Shown one piece after another: positions 62,904-64,000 of a DNA stretch of 64,000 nt. This stretch comes from Alphaproteobacteria bacterium (GTDB lineage: Bacteria > Pseudomonadota > Alphaproteobacteria > Rs-D84). The notes beneath the pieces were generated by a model. It was given only the letters and a program-made list of their open reading frames with translations. It was not told where the DNA came from and did no database searches. The stretch's first letter is position 1; each line of letters starts with the position of its first letter. A program made the translations under genes and the position numbers. The stretch is from NCBI GenBank assembly GCA_017472065.1, contig JAFURB010000017.1, positions 5,887 to 69,886 on the forward strand. The letters are read 5' to 3'.

Positions 62904-64000
62904 TTAGAAATCATATCTGAACTTTAACAAACCTGTTTGCGATGTATAATCTTGGTGCAAATCCAGTTCATAGTTCAATGATACTTCTAATCCACGATAT
63001 TCCGCAGTCAGCCCGATTCCAAATTCACCCCCCAGGCGGCTCAGACGATCGACATCCACATAATATGCCGACGCACCCGGCACAACAACCGTTGCCGTCG
63101 CATCATCGGACAAGAAATCATATGTCATCGCGGCACGCATTGTTGGACTGAATTTAACCGCAGAATCCGATTCGATTGTAAATGCATATTTCAAGCCTGC
63201 AACCCCGGACAAGAAATCTGCATCCATACCTGCGATTTCACGGTTCATGACATCAACATGATCTTCCTGGGAAACATGCAGATAGCGCATCCCAAATTCT
63301 GGTGTAACACCATTTGCAAAATCATAACCGAACATTGCCTGGGCGCCATATGATTTAGTTTCATATTCATCGTTCAACAGATATCCAAATACCATTGACG
63401 CATCGGCATAGTCTGATTTTGTATAATTCAATGTTGCGTTTACATACCATGCGGCTGGCTTATACTGAGCATACATGAATATAGAATTATTTTCTACATC
63501 CATATTGCGCCCATCGGCATGGATATCAGAATTACTGAACGCATAACCACCACCGATTGTTAACACATTGTCAATCAATGTATCGCCACCGATTGCAAAC
63601 CCACGCGTATAACCATGGAATTTGTCTGCGAATTTAGACTTGTTAAACATACCCTGGGTCCAAACACCGGCACCGGTTACATCGCCACCGGCACGTCCCG
63701 TCGCACCGCCACCAATTGCAGACATACGGCCGGCCGCCATTGTGACAACCTGGTTCTGGACAGATGCCGCCACCGATTGAGATACCGGTTTTGTATCTGG
63801 GTTTGCCTTGGCCATTTCTTTTTCAACCAATGCAATATCGCCATTGTTTAACGCGGCTTGGGCGCGCAAAGAAACCTGTTGAATTGTTGCATCTGTTGAT
63901 GCGGCCAGACCTGACACAGCACCTGCGGCGGCAATCGATGCACCGGTATCCGCGGCAATCGACTGGGCATCACGTGTGGTCAATGTAGCCTTTGTATTAT
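62904..64000 (-). CDS. autotransporter beta-domain protein (5' part outside window)
   Basis: Frame remains open to the right window edge. Beta-barrel region GVWTQGMFNKSKF...GFAIGGD... ends LLKFRYDF. Confidence 0.75.
   Translation of the reverse strand, partial: NTKATLTTRDAQSIAADTGASIAAAGAVSGLAASTDATIQQVSLRAQAALNNGDIALVEKEMAKANPDTKPVSQSVAASVQNQVVTMAAGRMSAIGGGATGRAGGDVTGAGVWTQGMFNKSKFADKFHGYTRGFAIGGDTLIDNVLTIGGGYAFSNSDIHADGRNMDVENNSIFMYAQYKPAAWYVNATLNYTKSDYADASMVFGYLLNDEYETKSYGAQAMFGYDFANGVTPEFGMRYLHVSQEDHVDVMNREIAGMDADFLSGVAGLKYAFTIESDSAVKFSPTMRAAMTYDFLSDDATATVVVPGASAYYVDVDRLSRLGGEFGIGLTAEYRGLEVSLNYELDLHQDYTSQTGLLKFRYDF

Overview
This 64-kb window reads as a moderately AT-rich, densely coding bacterial chromosome segment. 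The gene content looks proteobacterial, and I suspect an uncultured, anaerobic or host-associated alphaproteobacterium-like organism. That taxonomic guess is inference only.

Housekeeping genes:
- Proteostasis and translation: ctpA, pth, polA, clpP-clpX, rpsF-rpsR-rplI, clpB, rpmB, rpsU, infA, miaA, rnhB, grpE and a ppiD-like gene.
- Central metabolism and nucleotide supply: tpiA, pgk, gap, tdk and a class III ribonucleotide reductase operon (nrdD/nrdG).
- Envelope and transport: an alpha-2-macroglobulin/pbpC pair, an MsbA-like ABC exporter, an M23 peptidase, several outer-membrane beta-barrel genes and two autotransporter-type genes.
- RNA genes: four tRNAs.

Main finding: interleaved with this core are ten signal-peptide-bearing, cysteine-rich ORFs covering about 16.7 kb, roughly a quarter of the window.
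- Four are giant paralogs (712 to 1044 aa). They share an invariant signature, C-x6-C-M-D-[EQ]-F-C-x9-C-x-C-S, and a common N-terminal core that I cannot assign to any characterised family.
- The six smaller ones carry eukaryote-like CxxC / 'C-P-x-G-x-Y ... G-A-x-S-x-x-x-C' repeats.
- Several of the ten sit behind long, structured or duplicated upstream modules.

Other notable items:
- nrdD appears split, with the glycyl-radical motif on a separate in-frame 59-aa ORF.
- One tRNA-Leu has an A34 (AAG) anticodon.
- clpB natively lacks the N-terminal domain.
- There is a MITE-like element with 38-bp inverted repeats, and putative tandem NrdR boxes.
- Many symmetric A-tract/stem/T-tract bidirectional terminators are present.

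I saw no CRISPR array, rRNA, integrase or transposase. All coordinates were hand-counted and may be off by a few nucleotides.
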